From Podarcis erhardii (Eukaryota): DNA of 64,000 nt. Where the stretch lies: assembly GCA_964252035.1 (NCBI GenBank), contig OZ176206.1, one strand, 5' to 3'. Position 1 is the first letter of the stretch; every line of letters begins with the position of its first letter. Positions 10,765-23,201 of this stretch are shown here, piece by piece. Both the position numbers and the translations under genes were made by a program. Under the pieces are notes generated by a model. That model searched no databases. It had not been told where the DNA came from and saw nothing but the letters and a program-made list of their open reading frames with translations.

Positions 10765-11019
10765 GTGTAATGTATAGTTTTTTGTGTTTTTTCTTTTTCT
10801 TTTTTGTATTGTATTGTATTGTATTGTATTGTATTGTATTGTATGGTTTTTATTTTTTGTAGTGTTTAATTTGTTGGAAAAGGTAATAAATATTTTTTAT
10901 TTTTTTAAAAAAAGACATGTGAGGATCCAAGTCTGCAGCCATCAGTTGGGCTGATCCTGTGGGAATACTACAGTCCAAGGAACTGGTGTTGGGTCTGAGT
11001 TCATTTCCTTAGAAGTGAA

Positions 11020-11432
11020 CTTCACATGGTAGGAAGTGGATAGAGAAAAGTTTATTCTCCCTCTCTCGTAACACTAGAACTCATGGACATCCAGTGAAGC
11101 CAAATGTTGAAAGATTCAGGGCAGACAAAAGGAAGTGCTTCTTCAGACAGCACATATTCTGGAAGTCAGTCCCACAAGAGGTAGTGATGGCCACCAAACT
11201 AGATGACTTTAAAAAGAGGATTAGACAAATTCAAGGAGGAGAAGGCTATCAGTGACTATCATCCGTGATGGAGGCTATGCTCGGCTGCTGCTTCTGGAGA
11301 CAGCAGTGCTTCTTCATACCGGTTGTTAGAAAATGCAGGAAGGGAGTGGGCTCTTATGCTCAGGTCCTGCTTGCAGGCTTCCCAGAGACATCTGCTTGGC
11401 CAATGTGAGAAGAGGATCCTGGACTAGATGAG
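11020..11432 (+). mobile_element. CR1 LINE 3' fragment
   Basis: ACAAAAGGAAGTGCTTCTTC...GTGATGGCCACCAAACTAGATGACTTTAAAAAGAGGATTAGACAAATTC...GGACTAGATGAGCCA. Confidence 0.8.
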
Positions 11433-11453
11433 CCATGAGGAGTTGGCTCCTCA

Positions 11454-12021
11454 TATTATATGATTGATGGCTGGAAGAGGTTGAGGTTGCCTTGATCTGT
11501 CCTTCTCACACCCAGCCAAAGAAGACAAACAGCCGATAATTAATTCTTTATTGCCCAAAACACACACTTACAGCAACTCCAAAGGTGCACCAGATACACA
11601 TGGACACATGCTTCTGGCATCTGCTTACCTGGCATTCACTTTTCCACATTTGTGCCCAGCGGAGCAGCTGAACCAACAGTGCGGTCACACATACCCCCTA
11701 GGACTATGCACCTTCATTTGATGGAGTGCACATGTAACCTGAGACTTCTCCTGCTCTGAAGATGTCACTGTGCTTCCCTCTTCAAGCCTCTCCTGGTTCT
11801 AGGAGATGGTGGGGCAGGGAGTGATGGGGATCCAACTGGACTGCCCCTCACCTGAACAGTCTCTACCTCTGCTTCTGATATGTCCTGCTCTCCCTCTTCC
11901 ATCTTTGACTTCTCAGACCATTCCCTTTCCTCCCACTCTGGCTCCTGCCTCATGGGTGGCACCAAACTCCAAAAATCACTGGCCCCCTCTCCTGGGTGAG
12001 TCTCCCTGCCAATCCCTGACA
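11454..12021 (-). mobile_element. Solo LTR (family B)
   Basis: Minus strand begins TGTCAGGGA, has AATAAA at about 11546-11551 and ends ...TATAATA (decayed from ...ACA). Near-TSD CCTCA/TCTCA. Confidence 0.65.
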
Positions 12022-12270
12022 TCTCATCAGGGTGCTTAGCTAGTTAGTCACAACCATTGCCTGGACAATGGAGCTGGTTTGGCAAGTTTGTTTTCATACT
12101 TTCTACAGAAATTCATATCTTCCCAGAAATTGGAAGGGACTCAGGGCTTCATGCAGACTGAGCCCCCCCCCCCAACCCCACAACAATATAACAAACAGCA
12201 CAAAATCACTGTAGCTTATTCTCTTAAGTAACTCAACTTCTTGTTGCAACCTATTCATATAGCTTTAAGT
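12022..12270 (-). repeat. Family D repeat fragment
   Basis: GCTAGTTAGTCACAACCATTGCC...CTGGTTTGGCAAG is shared with 59260-59320 and with the reverse complement of 1776-1830. Confidence 0.55.
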
Positions 12271-13390
12271 CACTGCAAAACTCCTAAATCTATCAGTATC
12301 CAAATTATATCTTTCATGCATTTGATGAAAAAACAACAACCTGTTTTTGTTCTAAATGAGCCTGTGTGCTCCTTTTTCTCTCTCAGTTGAACATATTCTG
12401 TTACTTCTGGCAAATTGTTTTCAAATGTTAAGATGTAAGAACATAAAGGAAATGGATCAGCAATTCCAAGGGAATTTGTAAAATGCTGCCAGAATCAAGC
12501 AATTGTTCCGGGCCTCTGTTGATGGTTGCTTATGTTGTGTTAATACCCATGTTTTCTCTGTTATTCTGGGATGTAACATAAATAATAACAGAAAGAAAGA
12601 AAACATGTTATCCTTTCAGTGCTCCTGCAGAAGTTTTCCACCAAATGCTTCAGGCAGGAGACATTATTGTTAAACTTCCTCCTATATCTTAGTGTCATTG
12701 TGAATCTATCCTCTTTTTCTCCAGCACTGCTTTTTAAAATGTTTTTCTTCCCTTAGGAGAGACAAAACAGTGGCTTTCCCCTTGACCTACAAACCTTGAC
12801 CATGTTTCTGGCCTTTCCCTCAAGCTCCATGCTGGTGACACGCCAGGGACTGTAATCCCAGAGAATTATTTTGCAGGGTTGTGGAAATGATGGTCTGATC
12901 AGCATCATTTCATTTGGCTGACAAGCTCTGACGTGTCTGAAATTCCTAGATTTCTGAAAAGGACAGATTTATTATTAGGAGGAAAGGGAAGAGTTGTCCA
13001 TGACATTGGTCATGTGCCTCCAGGTGCTGAACCCAGATTATTTTGAGGTCTTTTGGTGTAATAGGATGACTAAGTAAAGCCACAAAGGATGTCTAACAGG
13101 AGGAGCAAAATTTATAAAGTCTACATGATATTTTCAACTCCTTCTGCTTTGAGAAGAAGATTTTGCTAAAGAAGGATCCCCTACAAGGACTTTCTCCAGC
13201 TACAGGAGTAGTTTCAGAGGCAAAAGGGTAGGCAAAGTGACTGCACCTTTCCCCCACACCACTGCAAAATTTGTGAGGGCTACCATTTTCCTGTGCTCCT
13301 CCGAAGGCTGTCACAAGGTGTACCAAGGGGGTTCCAAGATGCAAACGTGGTGACTGCCGGTCAGGTTCTGCGAGGAGCAATGCCAGTGAG

Positions 13391-13450
<60 letters not shown>

Positions 13451-13474
13451 CCACACCCACACACACACACACAC
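13391..13474. repeat. Compound (TC)n(TTTC)n(TC)n(AC)n microsatellite
   Basis: Seen directly. Confidence 0.95.
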
Positions 13475-14065
13475 CTTTCTGTTCCACACTCTCTAAAACA
13501 CCCATTGACCAACACCCCAAAATTGCCACCTGCAAATAGAGCATGTGTGAAAGTAGCGGGGGGGGGGGTGTCTATTCATTCCTAGATAATTATTCTGTTT
13601 CTCCAAACAGACAGTGGTTGGTTTGATGGCTGGCAAAGGCCACCAAAGTTTCCTTCTAAAGACACCTCAAGAACACATGAGTGATCAGGGGCCCTGAGTG
13701 CTCTTCAGGCTGAACTGAACTTTTGTTTACCACAGAATCTCTTGGGAGGGGTCACTCCAATGCATATTTGTCACAGCCCCTCTATTGCTGGATCTAGTTG
13801 AGTGATCTTTTAAAGAGATTTGAGGGCCTGGAAAGGATGGTCTTCAGTTTAGGAAGGGGGGAGTTTTGGGGTTGGGACAGCAGGATGTGGGGGGAGAACT
13901 TCGGATAATCAAGTGTCTGCATTTTGAATTTAGCCTCTAGTGAAGTGAGACTAGAACTTCCATGCATTGCCTTTGATCATGGCGAAGAGGAGCTTCTGAT
14001 TCATTTTGGGTGAGCTTCTTTCAGTCTTTTCCGTCCTGTTCCTCTTTATGTTTTTTGCTGCTTCA

Positions 14066-14610
14066 GAGGGTGGGACCTGAACCAATGGATCCAAATAACA
14101 AGAAAGGAGATTCATCTAAACAATAGGAAGAGCTTTCTGGCAGTAAGAATGGAATGGACTCCCTTGGAAGGTGGTAGAGTCTTCTTCACTTAAGGCAGGG
14201 GTAGGCAAGGTTTATCTTGTCTGGGCTGGTTCACTCCAGAGGAGATCCCTCCGTGGGCTGGATCGCACATGCGCCTGTGATTTCCAGTGTCTGCGCATAC
14301 ACAGATGAGATTTCCAGCGCCATGGAAGCAAGTCCCCGTGCCGCACTGTGCCAGTTTAGCACAGCACACAGGAACTCGCTGAGCTGGTGGCTTGGTTCAG
14401 GGGCAGCTCATGGGCCAGTTAAATGACCCCCGTGGGCCGCTTGTGGCCCATGGGCCTTAGGTTGCCTACCCCTTTCTGAAGATTTTTAAGCAGAGGTTGG
14501 ATGGCTATCTGTCAGGGATTCTTGAGCTGTGATTCCTTCATTGCAGGAGGTTGGATTAGATTGCCCTTGTGGTCTCTTCTCACCTTACAATTCTATGATT
14601 CTATGCTCTT
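14066..14610 (+). mobile_element. CR1 3' end interrupted by a hAT MITE
   Basis: GACCTGAACCAATGGAT...GGAAGGTGG, then resumes TTTTTAAGCAGAGGTTGGATGG...TTCTATGATTCTATG. Confidence 0.8.
14196..14474. mobile_element. hAT MITE
   Basis: TIRs CAGGGGTAGGCAA / TTGCCTACCCC; TSD not recognisable. Confidence 0.75.
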
Positions 14611-15954
14611 GTATCCGAGTCAGAGCCAGCTGCTGGTTTCTGTGTGCTCTTGGGCACCATGTGTCAGTGAGCCCATGCATTCTGCTTTTCTTCTTCAAGC
14701 CATCCCCTTCCTCTTAACCCCACCAATTAAAATACATTTTGATCCATATGGTAATGCCTTACTGCCAAAGAAAAACACAAACTTTACTATTTCACTAGTT
14801 GCCCTTTTATTTTTGGTCATCTGTAAAGGTAACATCTATACACTTATATGGGAGAAACTCATCGGACCTTACTTCTGAGTAGATGTGCATATATAATTGC
14901 ACTATCAGATGTAGAACTTGAATCCCATAGAGGTGAACAGATAATGCACACTTCAAAAGTTAACCATCAAATATATTTTACCCCTTCACCTGAGATTAGA
15001 AATTTCTATGTTGCAACAAAAAAAACAAATTATGTACAGAACCAGATTGGATTAACACATAACGCCCTTACCCCATTCATCCTTTCTATATGTCCAGATT
15101 ATATGTATGTCTCTTAAATTCTGAGTCTCACAACCCACAAGCACATACTCAACAACCTCAGGCTTACTCCTGGAAGCCATCTATGTTCTGCTGATCCAGA
15201 TTGTGGATATCACAATATTGATTTTTCCCCCCTCACGCAATGATGCCTTTGTTATCTAATAACAAGAAGGAACACATGCATACCTGCCTGCAAGCAACAT
15301 AACTAGGGTGGCATGAGCAGACTCCCAATACTATGGGCAAGATGAAGTGGAGCTTAAAATCATTATAACAGCATGAATTGCTTGTCTTGGGGGGCCAAGG
15401 AGACCTGTCAGCCATTTTCCATCAGAGGCGGCTGGGCTGAGCTGCCCACATTTACCTCTTCCATCAGACAGAATTGCGCCAACAAGCACACCAGCATTAT
15501 CATTCCTCTCCAACTTTCAGAAGGCTTTGTTTCGCTTTTAACAGATAGTTACTTAGCAACAAGTTACAAGCGCTGAATAGCCGAACAGTTAAACCTACAA
15601 GATAAGTTTAAAAGCAGCCGTGTTATCAACACCTTGTTATATTGGGTAGATAAAGGCCCTATAAAGGCTTATAGCAGGCTCATGCAAAAGAGATTGTGCC
15701 GTATTTCTTCCCTTTGTTGAATTCTTTGCAATAATTGATGGCCCCAAAATAGGAGAGACTGGATCCCACAGTAGGACCAGTGTTGCCCCAGCCCTGCACT
15801 AGAAGACAAAAGGCAGTGCTGGAGACCGTGTGCATTATATATCTCAGAATTTTTCCACCACAACTGGACCAATTTCTTTATGCATAACATACTACTGGAA
15901 TTTGGTGCACAACAGTAAATGGGTGCAATTTTCATGGGTTCCAAGATACAGGGC

Positions 15955-16095
15955 TCCTGCTTCTCCTGTGGTTTCCAGCAACTGGTATTCAGAAGCATGG
16001 CTGCCTCCAACCGTGGCTAGTAGCCATCAATAGCCCTCTCCTCCCTGAATTTGTCTAATCCACTTTTAAAGCCATTTAGGTTGGTGGCCCTCAAG
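15955..16095 (-). mobile_element. CR1 3' fragment
   Basis: CCAGCAACTGGTATTCAGAAGCAT...GTAGCCATCAATAGCC...AATTTGTCTAATCC. Confidence 0.75.
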
Positions 16096-16564
16096 CAGCC
16101 TCTTATACCATTATGGGCTGGTTCCAACCTATAGGCCAGGCACACCCACACACACCCCACACACAAATGATGGGAACGACGTAAAATTTACCACAGAACA
16201 TAACTGTGCTCTTGGCACATTTCTGGTTGATCATTTCTGCTTTTAGTAACGGTAAATAATGTTCATAGATATGATGGTTTCTAATTTCCTGAAATTGTAA
16301 GATGTTGCTTTTGCGTTCCAGTAAAGCAGACGCATTTATTAGTAACTATGAACACTGATTCTCTAGGCAGGCAGGCATTTTTTCTTTTGCCTGTTTAGTG
16401 AACCATTATTCATGGCCCCTAACACAGCTTGTCGTCATTAAATACTACATACTAAACTTTGTAATGCATTTGCTGTCTCTGTATTCTGTATTCTCAGCTA
16501 TGTGACCTGCCGAGAGCATTTGGAGGCTATGAAGATTAGGGTTTGCCCCTGGAACCATGTTCCC

Positions 16565-16790
16565 TCCCAATGTTGTATAGTGGATAGAGTGCTGGACTAG
16601 GACCTGGGAGGGTAGGGTTTAATTCTCTACTTGGCCACAAATCTCACTGGCTGACCTTGAGGGCCAATCACTGCCTCGCAGCCGAAGCAACCTCACAGGA
16701 TTTTTGTGGTGATTGAATCACAAGTGGAAGAACCACCTCAAGCTCCATGGAGAGGAAAGAGTGAGGTATAAATGCAAAGAATGAATAAAT
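16565..16790 (+). mobile_element. Old tRNA/CORE-type SINE
   Basis: A-box-like TGTATAGTGGATAGAGTG, core similar to 3300-3400, tail GTATAAATG...AATAAA. Confidence 0.65.
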
Positions 16791-17732
16791 TGATGAACTT
16801 GATCCAGGGATATTAGCTCTTCAAAGTCTGATAGTCATTTACACCTCCATTGCCCTCCTGCTGCCCCGTTGCCTCTTAACACACACACCATAATTCCACT
16901 GCCCCGGGGGGGGGGTGAACCACCCAATTTGGGAACTACTGCTCTGCAAGTAAAGGATCAGGCATCAAGTGATGGAAAAGAGCTCCAGAACCCAAAGAGC
17001 CACCACCACCCATAGCAGTCAGCGTTCTGACTTGGTATATTCCTACATCCTGCCTTTCAAACAATTCTTGGAAAATCAGTGACAGGCACGGGGAGGGGAC
17101 TGCAGAAGAAAAGCAAGGCCCACACCAGATGTTCAAGAAGTTGCTTGATAGCAACAATGAAGAAATGGTTTCAACAACATGTTGAAAAATCCTTTCTCCC
17201 CAGCAAGCAATTATCCCCACACACTTCAGTTAAAAGGCTACTTCAGGCTTGCATTCATTGAGGCTTTTGTTATTCAGAAGGGGAGATGTTGCTGAGTGTA
17301 TCACTGTCCTTTACACTTAGGAGTTTGCATAGAAAAGTGGAGTGCCATTGTGCCTGCCCACACAGGCGGTTGTTGCCGCCTTCTTTTATGCAGATCCTTT
17401 TGGACATTTTCTAAAATAGGCCTCATCCTGAAATGCTGAGCTCACTCCCAAGCTGTGGTCCATGGACCACCATCGGTTTGCAAATGTCATCCATTTCTGC
17501 ATGAAATATTCCTATTGATTTTTAATTGCATCTTATTGCTTATTCTGTTTTATATGTCATCTTTCATTGTATTGAAATTTGAATTTGATGGATTACACAT
17601 TGAAATAAAATACAATATAAGAAATGAAAGAAAGCAATAAAAATAACATTGAAAATTGTACAGCATCTAGTACTTACAGTTGCTACAATAGGCTGAAAAA
17701 TCATTAAATGGTCCGCCAATACCATCAGCATA

Positions 17733-18055
17733 GGATCATAGAATTGTAGTTTATTAGAAGGGATCCCGGAAGCCATCTGGTCCAATCCCCTTCATTGTAG
17801 GACTCATAGCCAAAGAATCCCTGGCAAATGGCCATTCAACTTCTGCTTAATAACCAACAGTGAAGGAGAGTCCACCACCTTCCAAGGGAGTCCATTCCAC
17901 TTTCAAACAGCTCTTAGAAACAGGAAGTTCTTCCTGATGTTTAGCTGGAATCTCCTTCCTTATTATTTGAATCCATTGGTTTGGATCCTGTCCTCTGGAG
18001 CAGCAGAAAACAAGCTTGCTCCATCCTTCAGATATTGCAAGGTAGCTATCATATC
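17733..18055 (-). mobile_element. CR1 3' fragment
   Basis: ATAGGATCATAGAATTGTAG...GAAGTTCTTCCTGATGTTTAGCTGGAATCTCC...GAAAACAAGCTTGCTCCATC. Confidence 0.8.
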
Positions 18056-18759
18056 AGGCTAAATTTTCAATTTAGAAATTTTCAAGCAGTCTATGGTATT
18101 TGGGGCGGGGCAGGTTTGGGAGCCACTGACCACATTTGCATCTTAACATTTTAAGAAGATGATTAGATAACAGCAGTGGCATCAACCCCATGACTAAATT
18201 GGCTAAATGTGTGATGCTTGCATTCTGCATTTAAACTGGATTTAGTTGGATTGATGAGTCCTGCTACCAGATCTGGGATCCTCTGACAGATCAGGCCATT
18301 CCAGAGGATTGCAGAGCAATTGGTACATCCCACCTGCACACATTTGTCACATCTTACATCCAATGTGACCATTCCACCTTCTTTCAAATTGCATCTCACT
18401 GCCTCTGTCAATGAGAGCCTGTTCATCGTTCTCATTCCCGGTGGTGAATGAGGCCGGCCATTCCAAGCAATTGCACTGAAAAGGTAACACTGCTCCCCTT
18501 CATCTCCTCAATGGGGGAGGGGGAGAAGAGCTATTAAGTGCAAATTATCCTGACATACAGCCACTCAAAACCTGGGAAATTGCTCATTGTGTGGCATAAT
18601 GGGGGAGAAATAGTCAAATAGCATAATCCACCATGAAATTTTGCCTCCTCTCTCACTTCCAGTAGCTCAGACACACAGGTCAATGTCCCTCCACTACCTA
18701 ATTATTATAATCAATAGCTTTCTGAATTCCTGCAGCCTTTCAGTGTCTAAGGTAGATCT

Positions 18760-19272
18760 GTCTTGTATGCTGAGAAGCCCTGTGAAGAGCAGCTCATGGA
18801 ACAAGCTGTCAATGTGGGTTACAAAGACTCTAAAGGGCTGTCACATGGAAGATGGAGCTAGCTTGTTTTCTGATGCTCCAAATGGCAGGACCTAAACCAA
18901 TGGATTCAAATTACAAGGAAGGAGACTCTGACTAAAGAATAGGAAGAACTTCATGATTGTAAGAGCTGTTTGACAGTGGAGCGGACTGCTTCAGAAGGCG
19001 GTGGACTCTCCTTCATTGGAGATTTTTCAACAGAGGTCAGATGACCATCTGTCAGGGATTCTTTCATTGGAATTGCTGCATTGTGAAGGGCTGGAATAGA
19101 TGCCCCTTTTGGGATCCCTCCCAACTCTACAATTCTGTGATTCATTGGAGGTTTTTAAACAGAACTTAGATGGCCATCTGTCAGGGATTCCTTATCTGTG
19201 GTTCTCGCATTGCAGTGGCTTGGACTAGATGACCCTTGGGTACCTTCCAACTCTGGAATTCTGTGATTCTAT
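18760..19272 (+). mobile_element. CR1 3' end with a tandemly repeated last ~130 bp
   Basis: Two successive TTCATTGGAG...CCATCTGTCAGGGATTC...CCAACTCT...TTCTGTGATTC blocks. Confidence 0.8.
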
Positions 19273-20835
19273 CTCTTAGAGTAGGAGAGAGAATTTCTTT
19301 CTGCACAGGGCTTCCAAAGGGAGAGAGATTTCTCCATCTGGCGTCAGCATCAGATCTGCCATGAAGGTGCAGACGTGCTTGGAGGAAAATTTGACCTGTG
19401 ACAAGTGGTTAGCTCTGCTATTACTGCTGTTGTTTATTTATTTTAGTACTAGAACAGGGAGAAAAGCTATTTGGATTTTATCACACAGATGTTGGATCAG
19501 TTTTGCTTGTCATGATAAACTTTAGGTTCTTCACAGAAAACTTATGGATAAGATAAAAGAGCCTCTCTTCTGGTCTTTCCACTTCCAGTGTGAGTTGCTT
19601 CTGAGATTCACTTCATCTGTATTTCTCACCAGATTCCTTAATCCCAAATTGCCTTTGTTTGTGAAGTGGAAATAATGTTTTAAGAATCTGTCATGGTTCC
19701 ATTTTCATATTTTTTAAGGTTAAGGCTGGTCAGAGCTGTATTTATGGGGGGGGGCTAGCTGGGTTCTTTTGCCCTGGGTAAAACTTTCATATAGTCAAAT
19801 CACCCCCTTAGAACTGCCCCTACATGAGTAATTTCACATGTTGCAACTGTCACACTGAGCAGGGTTTTAACCCCCCCCCCCAAAAAAAAATCCCAAGCTT
19901 ACCAGCCTTTGGAAGGCTCTCACAAGATGTCACAAGATCTCACAGGGCCATCCAAGGTCCTGTGAGAGCTTGCCAGAGCTTCCCAGAGCCCAGTAAGCAA
20001 GCCCGACAGCTGAAAAGTTATTTCCATAGCAGGAAAACCTTGCCCAAGAAGAGCTTTTAAGCTCCCCATCTTCCATGCATTTAGTTTGTGTGATTTCAGC
20101 CAGTCAGCCATCAACCACATAAAGTTGAAATCATGCAAGTTAAGCACACATCAGTTGCAAATCCACTGTATTTCACTTTCTTGTGTTTGTTGCACAACTT
20201 GTGTGAACATTTATCCCTGCTGTAGAAGAGGCTAAATTTGCACACCCGGATTTAATCACAGTCATTCTCATGCACTCTCATATTTATGCTGGCACTGAAA
20301 TTAGTATCCCTATGACTGAAGCACAAAAGCATGTGCCTTTACCATAATGCTGGCCAACCAGGCCAGGGCTGCCATCTTGACAAGTGAAGATGGGCTGCTC
20401 CTACTGTTTTCCTTTGAGTGAACAATTGAGTAAAGAAGCAGCTCTGAAGCCCAGCGCCCAAGGCAGGTGCTTGGCTTTCCTGCCTGGTCTTCAATCATCC
20501 CTGCTAGCTGAGGCACCAACTTGTGCAAAAGATTGGGGGGCTGATGACATACACATGGCGTCAGGACATTGCATGCATGACGTCAGGATGCAACATCAGG
20601 ATGTTGGGAGGAGCCAGGGTGGAGCCAAACATGGCAGCAGCATGGCTTCAATGGTTGGCAACTCCTCTTCTCTCTCACTTGGCCTCCTCCTCCTGCCACC
20701 ATGACCAGCCGAGGACTGCTTCCCCCGTCTTTCCCTTAAGTATCAGGAGAAGGAGAAGCCGCTGGCCACTTAAGCCACCCTGCACTGTCCTTGGCTCCAT
20801 GATCAGTCTCCTCTTCCTTCTCCTGCCACCACTAC

Positions 20836-21359
20836 CACAATACAATACGATACGATACAATAATCTTTATTGTCATTGTCCCATACAGAACAACGAAATT
20901 GAAAAATCTACATAAGACATTCAAAAACCAACAAGCCTGTTATCCCAGCTATCCCAACCTGGTTAGCCCCCTAAAAACTCTGATACCCCATTTTTAAATA
21001 CAATATACTCCCACAGAGACTCCTTACACTGCGTTTAAAATCAAAATCGCATTTGAATAGAAACTGTTTCTCAGGCGGCTAGTCCTAGTCTTTATAACCC
21101 TGTACCTTCTTCCAGAAGGCAGAAGCTGAAAGAGATCTGTCCTGCATACTATCCTGCGCTATCTCTGCAGCTTTCTTATGGCACCTGGAAGCATAGATTT
21201 GATCCAAGGTGGGAAGAGTGCACCCCAGTTATTCTCTCCACAGTCTTTACAACCCTGGACAGCATTGTTTTTCCCCTGACCATGCAGCTCCCAAACCACA
21301 CACAGAGACCATAAGTTAATACACTCTCAACAGTACAATGGTAAAATGCCATCAACAGG
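20836..21359 (-). mobile_element. Rex1/Babar LINE 3' fragment
   Basis: Minus translation FYHCTVESVLTYGLCVWFGSC...SRVVKT is typical of the Rex1 RT C-terminus; (GTATT)n-like tail at about 20836-20860. Confidence 0.8.
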
Positions 21360-21373
21360 TCCTTTGAGAGATT

Positions 21374-21512
21374 ACAGATAGGTAGCCGTGTTGGTCTGCC
21401 ATAGTCAAAACAAAAAAATTCCTGAAGAAGTGTGCATGCACACGAAAGCTCATACCAAGAACTGACTTAGTTGGTCTTTAAGGTGCTACTGGAAGGAATT
21501 TTTTTGTTTTGA
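21374..21512. mobile_element. Penelope-like element terminal fragment, partly inverted
   Basis: AGATAGGTAGCCGTGTTGGTCTG and inverted GTTGGTCTTTAAGGTGCTACTGG; 12-bp direct repeat CTTTGAGAGATT on both sides. Confidence 0.7.
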
Positions 21513-23159
21513 CTTTGAGAGATTGTTTTTCCAGAGGATTCTCAGCCAAGGACTGCTCCTCCCCCCCCATCCTGCCCCATGGCAGGAGGAGGAGGAGCCA
21601 GCCGCTGAAGTTGTGATGCTCTCAGCTCCATGCTCAGCCTTCTCCGCCCCCTGATTGTTTTGAACATTGGGTGACTGCCCCCTCAAAAATAATGAGGGGA
21701 GGCAAAAGAGCTGGGCCTGCAGGAGTTGGCACCTATCCCTGCCAGTCCCTGGGTCATTATTGGGCCAAATGACCTTCTTCAGATTGCATTTTCCATTCCT
21801 CTTCCAGCTGCCTTCCTTTAGTGCCTGGTAACAGCCACAAAAATAAAACCTCACTCAAGCCACCGCCTGCAGCGTTTGGTCTAAAACGACAGTACTTCAC
21901 CCACCCCCCTCCACCCGACCCATTTTGCCAATAATGCAATGTACTTTTTTTTTTTTTTACAAGATCATTTTCAAAGGTAACTGCTTATAATAATACAATT
22001 TATTCTTTATGGCTTCGGGGCAAGGCGAGCTCTAAATGAGGCATGTCTTCCATTAGAACCCTACAGAAACAAACTAATAGGCTGCAGAGAAAGTCATTTG
22101 TAAATGTTCCTATAATTCACATGATTCATTAAACAGAGATGGAAAATGATAGCATTTTCCTCTGGAAAAAAAATCCTTATGGAATTACACGCTGCGAACA
22201 CTTAGCTCAACTCTTTTATTGAGTAAGCATCTTGTCCTGCTGATGTGGAGATTATAAAGGCCTGGAGACATTTATAGTTTCATTTGCTAAATTTAGAAGT
22301 TTTGTTCTATCCACTTCATGGCCCCTCCTCAGAAGGCAGGCAGACCTTTGCTTATTCACAAGGCCTCAGGAAACGGCAGGAAATCTCATATTCAGGCTGA
22401 ACAGCCACTGCCTGCCTTGCTGGGCCAATCAGTTTCTTTAAGACACTGGTAGCATCATGCATGAGGGCCAGAAGGAGGAGTGATGGCCATGCCTACTGAG
22501 TCTGGAGGGAGTTGTAACATCTGGAGAGCACCAGGTTGGGGAAGGCTGTTGTAGGTGAACAGCAAAGACCTGCAGAAGGAATGTTGGATGAGACGTCCAT
22601 TAAACAAATCATGTCTATGTATTGATGGAACATTCCACTTAAGCACACCTCATTTCGCAAGTCAACAGAGAAGACAAAAAAAAAAAAAAGAACCCAGCTC
22701 TATTTATTCATCAAACATACTGAAGTTTTGTCATCTCCACTGAGAGAGATGCTTGTAATCCATCTGTTAAGTGATCTATCATATTTGTCTAAATTGCTTG
22801 GAACAAAACAAGCTATCATTTGCAACCCATGCCTTCTCCCAAGTTTCCTACTCCGTACGTTGCTTAAGAATAATCGACAGTCTTGCAAGATATGCACAGA
22901 AACAGATTATGTGAAGATACTTTTCCATTGCTGGAAGAAAAGCAGGAAGTCACAATAGTTGTTTTAAAGCAGGCCACCCACAACATGGAGGCAGTTCATT
23001 CACCTCTCACAAACCCTGGTACATTTTGGGCCACAAGGTGCTCAAAGACCCCAAAAAACATACCCTCTATTTGCTTGAAGCTTTATAAAGACAATAATGG
23101 GTATAATATCTATCTCTCTATATTGCACCATTATCCAGCCTAGTGATACTTCCAGGAGA

Positions 23160-23160
<1 letters not shown>

Positions 23161-23201
<41 letters not shown>

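Larger units (their letters stand above)
7764..10914 (+). mobile_element. L1-clade (L1/Tx1-like) LINE, 5'-truncated at the ORF2 start and internally deleted
   Basis: APE start MALQISSWNVNGLNSPEKR; RT motifs GTRQGCPISPLLF and FADD; C-terminal CWKC...HLWWTC; 3'UTR, AATAAA at 10885 and a T/A tail. Confidence 0.95.
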
